Positions 18,206 to 26,629 of a DNA stretch of 64,000 nt are shown piece after piece; position 1 is the stretch's first letter, and every line of letters begins with the position of its first letter. The notes under the pieces are model-generated. The model was not told where the DNA came from, did no database searches, and was given only the letters and a program-made list of their open reading frames with translations. The position numbers were made by a program, and so were the translations under genes. The stretch lies in assembly GCA_963665325.3 (NCBI GenBank), contig CAXXWS020000002.1, positions 480,001 to 544,000 of the forward strand. The letters run 5' to 3'. Source of the DNA: Alphaproteobacteria bacterium (GTDB lineage Bacteria; Pseudomonadota; Alphaproteobacteria; Bin95).

Positions 18206-19756
18206 TCACCTTCCCCGAACCTTGATCGTGCAATCCACGTACCCGCTTTCGTCTTGTTCCGCCCGCTGGAAACACCCCCTTATGGCCGAACCGTAGTGCT
18301 CCCAGATATGGTCCTTCCAGCCCAGGGTGGGGTCCGCCCGGGGCAGGAACGGCAAGCGGCTCTGGACCGCCGCGCCGCCGGCGAAGAAAACCAGCGCCAG
18401 CGCCGCCGCCGCCAGTGCCGTCCTTGCCACACGCCGGCGTCCCCGCCTGCGATCCACGGCGATGACGGCCGTCGAGCCCGACAGCATTTCCATCTGCGGG
18501 CCCATCTTCGCGCTCCATGCCTCGATCCTGTCCACGACGCCGCGAATGCCGTCCAGGTTCTCGGCCAGGTTGGCGACCGACTCCTCGCTGAGCCTGTTTC
18601 CCGCCCCGATTTCCTTCTCGGCTTCGGCGTCACTTTGCCTCCTGGCGTCCAATGTCGACTCGCCCGATCCCTCGGAACCGTCCTCCTCGTCTGCAGGGCT
18701 TTCCCGGTTCGCCTGCGGCCCCGTCTCCGGTTCGTCCCGGGCGGCCTCGGCGCGCTCTTCCCCGGCAGGGCTCACTTTACGGCTTCCCGACATCATCTCC
18801 TTGCCTAGCTTGACGGCCTTGCCTGCCACTCCCTTCGCGATATCGAGCCCCTTCTTTGCCTTTCCAGGTCGTGGGGCTGCCGTTTCCGCTTCGCCCGCCC
18901 CTCCTTCGCCTTCGCCTCGACCCGGCGCCCCGCGCTCGTCGTCATCGACATCGGCATCCGGATATCCGCTTGCAGCGTGCGCCCCGCCAGGCGCGTCGCG
19001 GCCTCTTTCCGTTCCGGTCCCGCTTTCAGCTTCCACGCGAGGCATCCCGGACCGGTCGGCGCCCCCGGCCGTCTCTGCAACCTCTCCGTAGCGGTCGGTC
19101 GCTCCAGACCCGGTCACCTTGGCGATCGCCCCGGCCAGAGCCGCATCCGTCTGGCCGTCGTCGGCTTGCCCTTCGGGGACAGCTTCCGGCTCCCGGCTCG
19201 TGTCCGGGCCTTGCCCTACACTTTCGATTTCCAAGCCATCATCCGGGTCCCGGTATTCTCCCTCGCCTTCCGACAGAATCAGGCCGGTCTCCGTGTCGTA
19301 TCTGTCGCCGGAGGGAGTCACCGACACAGCGCGCGTTCCGGCCCCGTCGCCGGCGCCCGGCGCCTCTTCCATGGCCGCGTCATTCGGCGGAGGTTCCGCT
19401 GCCCGTTCCGGCTCGGTGCTGTCCTGCGGGGCCGGGTTGTCGGCGTCCTCAGCCGGCGACGTTTCGACAGCGGTCTCCACACCCCCATCGCCGACCGCTT
19501 CGCTCAGGATTTTCCGCGCTGCCGTCCTCGCCTCTTCGAGGTTCATGTCTGCGTAGCGGGCGATCCGGATCCGGCGGCTCCGGACTTTCCCATCCTCCTG
19601 CCTCGTCCTGGCACTGACGATCCACGATTTTGTTCCCGAAGGCAGGATACGTAATCCGAAACCGGCCAAACCCTCGTCCCAGGCGACCCACTCCCTTTCC
19701 TTGGGCTTCAATGCATCGACGCTCGCCTGATCGAACTCAAACCTCCCTGACATCAT
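18206..19756 (-). CDS. Integrase arm-type DNA-binding domain protein with acidic disordered linker and C-terminal transmembrane helix; no catalytic domain
   Basis: N-term VDALKP..WD..LAGFGLRILPSGTKSWIV..RRIRIARY..LEEARTAARKIL; TM ALAAAALALVFFAGGAAV after RRRGRRR; GGGAGG RBS. Confidence 0.8.
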   Translation of the reverse strand: MMSGRFEFDQASVDALKPKEREWVAWDEGLAGFGLRILPSGTKSWIVSARTRQEDGKVRSRRIRIARYADMNLEEARTAARKILSEAVGDGGVETAVETSPAEDADNPAPQDSTEPERAAEPPPNDAAMEEAPGAGDGAGTRAVSVTPSGDRYDTETGLILSEGEGEYRDPDDGLEIESVGQGPDTSREPEAVPEGQADDGQTDAALAGAIAKVTGSGATDRYGEVAETAGGADRSGMPRVEAESGTGTERGRDAPGGAHAASGYPDADVDDDERGAPGRGEGEGGAGEAETAAPRPGKAKKGLDIAKGVAGKAVKLGKEMMSGSRKVSPAGEERAEAARDEPETGPQANRESPADEEDGSEGSGESTLDARRQSDAEAEKEIGAGNRLSEESVANLAENLDGIRGVVDRIEAWSAKMGPQMEMLSGSTAVIAVDRRRGRRRVARTALAAAALALVFFAGGAAVQSRLPFLPRADPTLGWKDHIWEHYGSAIRGCFQRAEQDESGYVDCTIKVRGR

Positions 19757-19801
19757 CACCTCCCGCTACAGCCTTTCGTCGCACAGTTCCGGCTCACGCT
19801 G

Positions 19802-20403
19802 GCGCGCCATGGAGCGGCCGTGGATTCCTGGAGCGCGCCCGTGGCGCTGGACCGCGCGCCATGGAGCGGCCGTGGATTCCTGGAGCGCGCCCGTGGCGCT
19901 GGACCGCGCGCCATGGAGCGGCCGTGGATTCCGTGGCGCGCGCCCGTGGGGCTGGCCCGCGCGCCATGGAGCGGCCGTGGATTCCTGGAGCGCGCCCGTG
20001 GGGCTGGCCGCGCGCCATGGAGCGGCCGTGGATTCCGTGGCGCGCGCCCGTGGGGCTGGCCCGCGCGCCATGGAGCGGCCGTGGATTCCTGGAGCGCGCC
20101 CGTGGCGCTGGACCGCGCGCCATGGAGCGGCCGTGGATTCCTGGAGCGCGCCCGTGGGGCTGGACCGCGCGCCATGGAGCGGCCGTGGATTCCTGGAGCG
20201 CGCCCGTGGGGCTGGCCGCGCGCCATGGAGCGGCCGTGGATTCCGTGGCGCGCGCCCGTGGGGCTGACCGCGCGCCATGGAGCGGCCGTGGATTCCGTGG
20301 CGCGCGCCCGTGGGGCTGACCGCGCGCCATGGAGCGGCCGTGGATTCCGTGGCGCGCGCCCGTGGGGCTGGCCGTGCGCCATGGAGCGGCCGTGGATTCC
20401 TGG
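19802..20403. repeat. Tandem array of 12 x 51-53-bp units, core GCGCCATGGAGCGGCCGTGGATTCC
   Basis: CCATGG at 19807, 19859, 19911, 19964, 20015, 20068, 20120, 20172, 20223, 20275, 20327, 20379; intergenic. Confidence 0.97.
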
Positions 20404-20445
20404 GGCGCAGCCGGCTCCACTGCTTCGTCGGTTTTCCGCCGAGCC

Positions 20446-22488
20446 TCACTCTGCCGCTGCCGGCATGGACGCCGCCGGGCCGAGGCGCTTGCGTATCTTC
20501 CCGATTTCCTGCGCAAGGTCCCGGTCGAACCGGTCCAGTTCCGACATGGCCTCCCGCCGGCGCAGCAGTCCGGCTGCTTTGAGCTTCCGCTCCACATAGG
20601 GATTGGGATCGGCATCGCCTCGCAGCGCGGCATGCTCCCAGTAGCGGGTGATGGCGAGCCGCATGGCGTCCCTCGGGAGCTCCTTGGAGGCGGCGATCAC
20701 ATACTGCTCGTCCGGTTTCATCATCACCAGGTCCTCGGGGCGCACGATGCGCTCCTTGACGAGGTTGCGGCTGTCGCCGGTGGTGACCTTGTTGGCGGCG
20801 AGCAGGACCGAGCGGCCCATGGGCGTGCCGGAGGAGGTCTGGGTGTAGCCCTCGAAGGTGGCGTGGCCGATGGCCTTGGAGACTTCCTCCGCGCCGGCGG
20901 CGTCCGCGCGCGACCAGCCGAGGATCTGGACGACTTCGGAGAGGTCGATCATCTCCTGGCGGCGCTGCTTGCCCCAGCTGCCGTCGATCCCGGAGAGCGC
21001 CTGGGCGAAGGCCCAGAAATGGACGCCGCGCCCGGCGCCCGTCCTCCAGGCGTCCATGACGGGTTCGAGGTAGCCGACGGCCGGCATCTCGTCCATGACG
21101 ACCAGCATGTCCTTCTTCAGAGACCGGCGGGCGGCGACGGCGAACGGGATCGCGATCCAGAGCCTGAGCCAGGGGCGCGCCGCCTTGAGGACCTCCTCCG
21201 GCACCACGACGAAGATGTCCATGTTGCCTTCGGCCAGGTCGTGCGGATCGAATGTGCTGGCCGCCGTCTGCGCCTGGATCTTCGGATGCGCCAGGAACTG
21301 CATCTGGTTGGCGATCGTGGTGTAGTTCGAACCGCTCTCCTGCTTGCCGATGGCCTGCTCGGACTCCATGGCGCGGTGCGCGAGCCCGCCGGCGAACATG
21401 TCGCCCTCGAGGATCTGCGCCATCAGTGCGCTGCGCCTGTCGGGACCGGCCGAGAGGTTGTCGAACACGTGGGCCAGGTTCCGCTTCTCCTTCTCCGCCC
21501 CATAGGCCGCCCAGGCGATATGGCCGGAGATCAGGCGCTTGGCGCTCTCGTGGAAATGGCGGCTGTTGCCGCCGTCGTTCGCGGGCGGCGTGAGCAGGCC
21601 CTGGACGAGCACATCGACATCCTGGACGGCCTTCTCCTCGCCGCGCAGGAAATCGAGCGGGTTGTAGGTGTGCTTCTTCGCGAAGCGCGGCAGGTGGCAA
21701 TGGGGATGCTGTTCGCGGTGGCGGTCGATAACGCCATAGGGGTCGAGCAGGATGACCTCGCGGCCGAGCTCGCGCCGGCGGCGGGCGACGATCGGATAGA
21801 GCTCGCCGCGCGGGTCGATGGTGACGGTCGAGCCCTGCCAGCCGCGCCCGTGGGGGGCCAGCATGTTGGCGGCGATGAGCGCGCCCTTGCCGGTGCGGGG
21901 CGGGGCGATGGTGACGGCATGGCCCTCGAGCGGCCAGACGGCGAGCGGGGCGCGGCTGCCGGGCCCGGTCTGGCCGAGCAGGATGCCGTCCTGGCGCCGC
22001 GCGAGCTTCCGGAGATGGCGCGCGCCCATGAGCTTCGAGGCGCCGTGGAGCTCGGACTTCGACCGCCTGCGCCTGGCGATCCGCCCGGCGCCGGTGAGCG
22101 CGGTCAGCAGCGCTACCAGCCAGAGGAACCCGAGCAGGGGCGCGATGAGCAGCGGCGCCGCCAGCCGGAACGCGTCGATCGCCGCGCTGCCCTTGGCCAG
22201 CGCCAGGACCCCGCCGAACTCGCCGGCGAGCAGGAACGGCGCCGTGTCGATCGCGATCGACATGGCGGCGATGGCGGCCGTCGGTCCCCAGACGCCGATC
22301 TTCCAGCCGAGGCCGCCGCGCTTGAGCTCGGTGAACAGCAGCACGGCGAGCGAGGCCGCGGCCATGCCGGCAAGCGCCCAGCCCCGCAGCTCCGGATCGG
22401 GCCGTTCGGTCCAGAGCCACCAGACGAGGCCGGCGCCCGGAATGCCGGTCGCCAGCGCCAGGCCCAGATGGGTTGCAAATCCGCCCAT
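20446..22488 (-). CDS. virD4: Type IV coupling protein, VirD4/TraG family
   Basis: N-terminal TMs; LHGAS; APPRTGKG Walker A; IDPRGE; YNPLDF; VMDEMP Walker B; GGAAGGA RBS. Confidence 0.9.
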   Translation of the reverse strand: MGGFATHLGLALATGIPGAGLVWWLWTERPDPELRGWALAGMAAASLAVLLFTELKRGGLGWKIGVWGPTAAIAAMSIAIDTAPFLLAGEFGGVLALAKGSAAIDAFRLAAPLLIAPLLGFLWLVALLTALTGAGRIARRRRSKSELHGASKLMGARHLRKLARRQDGILLGQTGPGSRAPLAVWPLEGHAVTIAPPRTGKGALIAANMLAPHGRGWQGSTVTIDPRGELYPIVARRRRELGREVILLDPYGVIDRHREQHPHCHLPRFAKKHTYNPLDFLRGEEKAVQDVDVLVQGLLTPPANDGGNSRHFHESAKRLISGHIAWAAYGAEKEKRNLAHVFDNLSAGPDRRSALMAQILEGDMFAGGLAHRAMESEQAIGKQESGSNYTTIANQMQFLAHPKIQAQTAASTFDPHDLAEGNMDIFVVVPEEVLKAARPWLRLWIAIPFAVAARRSLKKDMLVVMDEMPAVGYLEPVMDAWRTGAGRGVHFWAFAQALSGIDGSWGKQRRQEMIDLSEVVQILGWSRADAAGAEEVSKAIGHATFEGYTQTSSGTPMGRSVLLAANKVTTGDSRNLVKERIVRPEDLVMMKPDEQYVIAASKELPRDAMRLAITRYWEHAALRGDADPNPYVERKLKAAGLLRRREAMSELDRFDRDLAQEIGKIRKRLGPAASMPAAAE

Positions 22489-22569
22489 GGCGTTCCTTCC
22501 TTCGGAGCTTGTCTGCATTTCCGGTCATGCGGTTGTTCCGGGGGCCGACCCCGACCCGACCCGTCAATC

Positions 22570-22591
22570 CGGGGCGGCCGAAGCCGCCCCG
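22570..22591. terminator. GC-rich hairpin between dotA and coupling protein gene
   Basis: CGGGGCGGC-CGAA-GCCGCCCCG 9-bp stem (UUCG loop on minus strand); T-rich run follows on plus strand. Confidence 0.4.
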
Positions 22592-22634
22592 ATCTCCTTT
22601 ATTTTCTTCATCGTGCTGCTCCAGTCGGCGATCT

Positions 22635-24956
22635 TCACAGCCCGTCATCCACGGGCGATTGCGGGCCCGGCCCCCCGCGGCCGGTCGGCAGCCGCCCGCC
22701 GCCGCGCCCTCTTTGACCGACCCGCATCGGTCCGACGCGCCCGAACGCGCCCGCGATGCCGCCGCCGAGGCGGTCGGCCTCGCCGTCCCTGCCGTCGCGC
22801 CCGCCGATCCAGTCCATGGCGATCGAGGGCAGGTGGTCGATCAGCTTGAAACAGCCGTTCATCAGCCCGTAGACGGTCATCAGGTAGATCGCCAACATGG
22901 CGAGCCAGCCGAGCACGCCGATCCCGTCCGAGGCGCCGGCGTCGAACACGAGGCCCCGGAACACGTCGTTGAAGGTGTCCATGATCGTGACGAACAGCAG
23001 GTAGCCAGTGACGAGGCCGAACAGCATCAGCACCGGGCGCAGGATCAGCCCGGGCAGGAAGAGCCAGCCCTGGCGGGTCGCCTGCGTGACGAACCCCTCG
23101 CCGCGCACGGTGTGGCCGGCGAGCCAGACCGGCATGGCGAACACGGCCGCGATGACGGCGACCAGCCAGGCGAGCAGGCCGAACAGGAACCGCAGGAACG
23201 GCAGCACCGGCACGAGATAGGCCAGCACCAGGCCGGCCAGGATCATCACGCCCAGTATGGTCGAGATGAAGCTGTCCATGACCTGCCATGCCGCCTCGAA
23301 CGCATCCAGCCCGCCGCCGATGAGCGGGATGGAGTTCAGCAGGTTCGATCCCGTCGCAAGGCCGCCGAGCAGCAGAATCGAGCCGAGCGCCTTGGTGACC
23401 AGGCTGTGTCCGAGCGAGACCAGGTCCAGGATCGGGTTGCCGCTGTCGACCAGCTGGATGTCCTCGATGTCGAGCCAGTCGAAGGAGCCGCGCCCGATCC
23501 CGCCGATGCCGCCGGAGCCGGGCGCGGGGTCCGCGCCGGCGCCCAGCACGGCCGGATATTCGAGCGAGCCGGCAAGCTGCTCGGCCGCCGCGGTCACCGC
23601 CGCGCTCGCCTGCGGGACGCGCTCGCCGAGCCGTGCGGACGGGCCCGCAACCCTCGGAATGCTTCCCGCGCCCAACTGGTATTCGCCGACATGGCGGGTT
23701 ATGGTCATGAACAGCGAGGCCGCGAGCGTCCAGGGGCTGTTCTTCGCCTCCTCCTGCAGCGCCTCTTCGAGCGCGTTCGTGGCCTCGTCCCGGGTCGAGT
23801 CCGCCGCCGCCCTCACGGTCGCCAGATACGTCCCGAGCGGATCGGCGCCGACCAGCAGCGCCTCGATATCGGGCAGCGGGCCGTCATTGCGCACCGTGCC
23901 GGGGGGTGCGGCAAACCATAGGGCCACCCGGTCCGCAATGGCGCCCAGCGCCGGACGGATGGCGTCGAACGCGGCGCTCTGGGCCTCCGCCATCTTTCCG
24001 CCTGGCGTCACGCCGCCGTCGAGGCCCGACAGCCTGACGCTGCCGCACATGCCCTTCGGCATGCCGCCGGCCTTGCCGTCATAGCTTAGCGTCCGGAAGC
24101 CCCGGCCCCTGTAGGCCCTTCTCTGCTGCTGCAGGGGGCTGGACCTCTGCGTCTCCGTCACCTCGACATAGGGCGGGTCGCCGACCTCCCGGGCCGCCAG
24201 GTTGGCGGTGCGCGCGCAGAGTTCCGCCAGGAAGATCCCCGCAATGGCGGCCCGGAGCGGGCGCTGGTGCGGCGCCGGCGCCACCATGGTCCCGTTGCCG
24301 AGCACGTCGCGGGAGAACTCGCCCCAGACGATCTGGGCGATATCGCCGCCGGTGCGGGCGAGCGAGAGCGCGATATGCTGGCCGCCGGAGAGCCCGCCGG
24401 CGAGCGGGACCATGAGCAGGAACGCGGCCACGATCCGGAGCGTCTCCTTGCCGGTGAACCCCCAGCGGCCCCGGCTTGCGGTATCGACCGTGCCGGCCGC
24501 CGTCCACCAGACGAGCAGCACGCCGGCGAGAACCAGGATCGCGCCGTTGTAGATCGTCAGCATGCCGGAGAGCGCGGTATTGTTGCCGGCATCGAGATCG
24601 GAGAGGAACGCCAGCAGGGCGCGTCCCGCTTGATCGGGCTCGCCCGACAGGTCCGGGACGGGCGGTGTCTGGGCCTCCGCCGGCGAGGACCCTGTCCACA
24701 TGGCGAGCGCGGCCATGGCGATCCATATCAGCCCGGCGAGCGCCATGGCGACGCCGAGCCAGCCGAGCGGCCCGCGCGGGCGCGGCAGTCCGCTCTTGCC
24801 GCGCCGACGTGGCAGTCCGCCTCCCGCTCCCTGCGGCCGTCGCAGGCCGCCGGATATCGTGCGCAGCAGGCCGGCGGCGTCCCCGAGCGCCCGCGCGGCC
24901 GGGCCGAACAGATCGGGCAGCAGGATATAGCGGGCGAGGGAGGGACGGCGCGCCAT
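22635..24956 (-). CDS. dotA: DotA/TraY type IVB secretion inner-membrane protein
   Basis: LAYLVPVLPFLRF..W..AV...P.WLAGH, ILRPVLMLFGL, KLIDHLP; polytopic. Confidence 0.88.
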   Translation of the reverse strand: MARRPSLARYILLPDLFGPAARALGDAAGLLRTISGGLRRPQGAGGGLPRRRGKSGLPRPRGPLGWLGVAMALAGLIWIAMAALAMWTGSSPAEAQTPPVPDLSGEPDQAGRALLAFLSDLDAGNNTALSGMLTIYNGAILVLAGVLLVWWTAAGTVDTASRGRWGFTGKETLRIVAAFLLMVPLAGGLSGGQHIALSLARTGGDIAQIVWGEFSRDVLGNGTMVAPAPHQRPLRAAIAGIFLAELCARTANLAAREVGDPPYVEVTETQRSSPLQQQRRAYRGRGFRTLSYDGKAGGMPKGMCGSVRLSGLDGGVTPGGKMAEAQSAAFDAIRPALGAIADRVALWFAAPPGTVRNDGPLPDIEALLVGADPLGTYLATVRAAADSTRDEATNALEEALQEEAKNSPWTLAASLFMTITRHVGEYQLGAGSIPRVAGPSARLGERVPQASAAVTAAAEQLAGSLEYPAVLGAGADPAPGSGGIGGIGRGSFDWLDIEDIQLVDSGNPILDLVSLGHSLVTKALGSILLLGGLATGSNLLNSIPLIGGGLDAFEAAWQVMDSFISTILGVMILAGLVLAYLVPVLPFLRFLFGLLAWLVAVIAAVFAMPVWLAGHTVRGEGFVTQATRQGWLFLPGLILRPVLMLFGLVTGYLLFVTIMDTFNDVFRGLVFDAGASDGIGVLGWLAMLAIYLMTVYGLMNGCFKLIDHLPSIAMDWIGGRDGRDGEADRLGGGIAGAFGRVGPMRVGQRGRGGGRLPTGRGGPGPQSPVDDGL

Positions 24957-24962
24957 GGCGGA

Positions 24963-26102
24963 TCAGTTCGCCCCCGCCCGTCCGGCGACCCTGCGGTCGC
25001 GGTCGATCCGCGCCGCCAGCATCGCGGCCTGGATGGCGAGGCGGCGCTCCTCCAGGCGGAACCGCTCGCGGTCGAGCAGCAGCGAGGCCGCAAGCAGCGA
25101 GGCGGTCTCGCGCAAGAGCGCCTCGCCGCCCATGGACTGGAGCTCCGTCCACCAGGCCGTGCGCTCGAACCGTTTCGCGGCCAGCAGGTCGACCAGCTCC
25201 AGCCGGCTGACAGCCGCTTCCGGATCGCGGTCCGGATCGACCGCCGCCGCCCAGGCGCCGAGTTCGGGTCCGGGCGCCCTGAGCGCGCGCAGATGGCCGA
25301 GCGCCTCGGCCGCCAGCGCGCGCCGGGCGGCGGCCGACCGCGAGGCCATGACGCGCGCGCGCTCCGAGGCGGAGTCGACGGCGCCGAGCGGCTCGGGGTC
25401 CTCGACCGCCGGCACGGTCAGGTTGCGGGAGAGGTCGATCGCCGCCTGCAGCTCGTTTTCCGAGGCGAAGGTCTCGACGCCGAACAGGCTGTCGGGGCGC
25501 AAGTCCGCGCCATGGTCCTCGGACGCGCCCGAGCAGGCCGCGCTCTGGAGCGGCGCGCGGTCCGGGCTGCACCAGCGCTCCAGGATGCGCCGGTAGCGCT
25601 CGGCGCTGTCGGTGGCGGCTGCCGGTGCCGATCCCGTCGCCCGGTCGCCGGCGATGCGGCCGGTCTCGGAGACGGCGGCCGCGCGGCCCGCGAGTCGGCT
25701 CGCGGCGCGCGCCTGGGCGAGGCCCTCCGCGCCGGTGGTCACGGTGCAGGCCGAGCGCGAGGGCCGGCGCGCGACCTGCGCCTTCACCTCGGCCGCCTCG
25801 CGCTCGGTCTGCGCGCGCACCGCGGCATGGCTGTCGATCGCCGTGGTGATCGCCTTCGCGCTCTGCGCGATGTAGCCCGACTGCTGGCCGGTCTGCCTCA
25901 CCAGCGCGTCATGGATGGTGCGTTCCAGGATCGCGATGCGGGCGTTCACCCTGGTGATCACCCGGCTCGCCTCGCTCACCGTCTTCCAGGTCGGCGTGCA
26001 TTTGCCACCGCCGCCGAAGAACGCCTCCGCTGGCGTGGCGGCGAGCGCCCAGGCCGCGACAATTGCCGCCCCGGCCGTCAGGAACCGCGCCGTCCTGCTC
26101 AT
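24963..26102 (-). CDS. TraW-like conjugal transfer protein
   Basis: Signal peptide; helical C-term RF...WW.EL....EALLRE; position between icmB and dotA. Confidence 0.6.
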   Translation of the reverse strand: MSRTARFLTAGAAIVAAWALAATPAEAFFGGGGKCTPTWKTVSEASRVITRVNARIAILERTIHDALVRQTGQQSGYIAQSAKAITTAIDSHAAVRAQTEREAAEVKAQVARRPSRSACTVTTGAEGLAQARAASRLAGRAAAVSETGRIAGDRATGSAPAAATDSAERYRRILERWCSPDRAPLQSAACSGASEDHGADLRPDSLFGVETFASENELQAAIDLSRNLTVPAVEDPEPLGAVDSASERARVMASRSAAARRALAAEALGHLRALRAPGPELGAWAAAVDPDRDPEAAVSRLELVDLLAAKRFERTAWWTELQSMGGEALLRETASLLAASLLLDRERFRLEERRLAIQAAMLAARIDRDRRVAGRAGAN

Positions 26103-26629
26103 TGCGTCGTTCCCCCGAAGAGGCGGCGGAATCGCTCGCGCTCGATACCGGCGTCCTCGAGGACATTGCCGCGCACGGTCGTGGTCCGCGTCCCCGGAAT
26201 GTCATGGACCGGGCCGGCGAACACGCGCGCGTCGAGGCTTCGCCCGACATGGCGGTTGTAGACGTCGCGGGCCTCCGAGCAGATCCGCTTGCGGGCGAGG
26301 TTGAGGATGCGGTCGAGCGCGGCGCCCGGATCGTGGAGGATGTTGAAGCCGCGATAGTCGAACATGTCCCACACGCAGCTGAGGTCGAGGATCGAGTCCG
26401 GCTTGCGAATGCCCTGGTCGGAATGGCGGATGACCTGGAAATCCGCCTGCACGCCGGCCTCGGCCGCATCCACCAGCGCTTCCGCGACCCGGGGATCGCA
26501 GTCGGCCGGCCCGGAAGGGGGAGTGCCCGGCGCGTCCTGCGCAGCGGCCGGCCCCGCCGATATCAGCAGCAGGGCGAGCAGCGCCGCCGGTCCCCTTCTC
26601 GCCGCCATGCCTGCCTTCGCTGTCTTCAT
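26099..26629 (-). CDS. Secreted Cys-containing transfer-region protein
   Basis: ATGA-coupled both sides; signal peptide AAA-Q; three Cys. Confidence 0.7.
   Translation of the reverse strand: MKTAKAGMAARRGPAALLALLLISAGPAAAQDAPGTPPSGPADCDPRVAEALVDAAEAGVQADFQVIRHSDQGIRKPDSILDLSCVWDMFDYRGFNILHDPGAALDRILNLARKRICSEARDVYNRHVGRSLDARVFAGPVHDIPGTRTTTVRGNVLEDAGIERERFRRLFGGTTQ

Noticed and set aside
18206-19756. Functional tyrosine integrase marking an ICE boundary
   Set aside because: Only the arm-binding domain is present; no R-H-R-Y catalytic domain, att site or tRNA seen
19802-20403. CRISPR array (constant ~25-bp repeat plus ~27-bp intervening sequence)
   Set aside because: Intervening segments are near-identical variants rather than unique spacers; no cas genes in the window
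19630-20633. ORFs across the tandem array (MERPWIP..., APWSGRG...)
   Set aside because: Period is mostly not a multiple of 3; repetitive translations in all frames are artefacts
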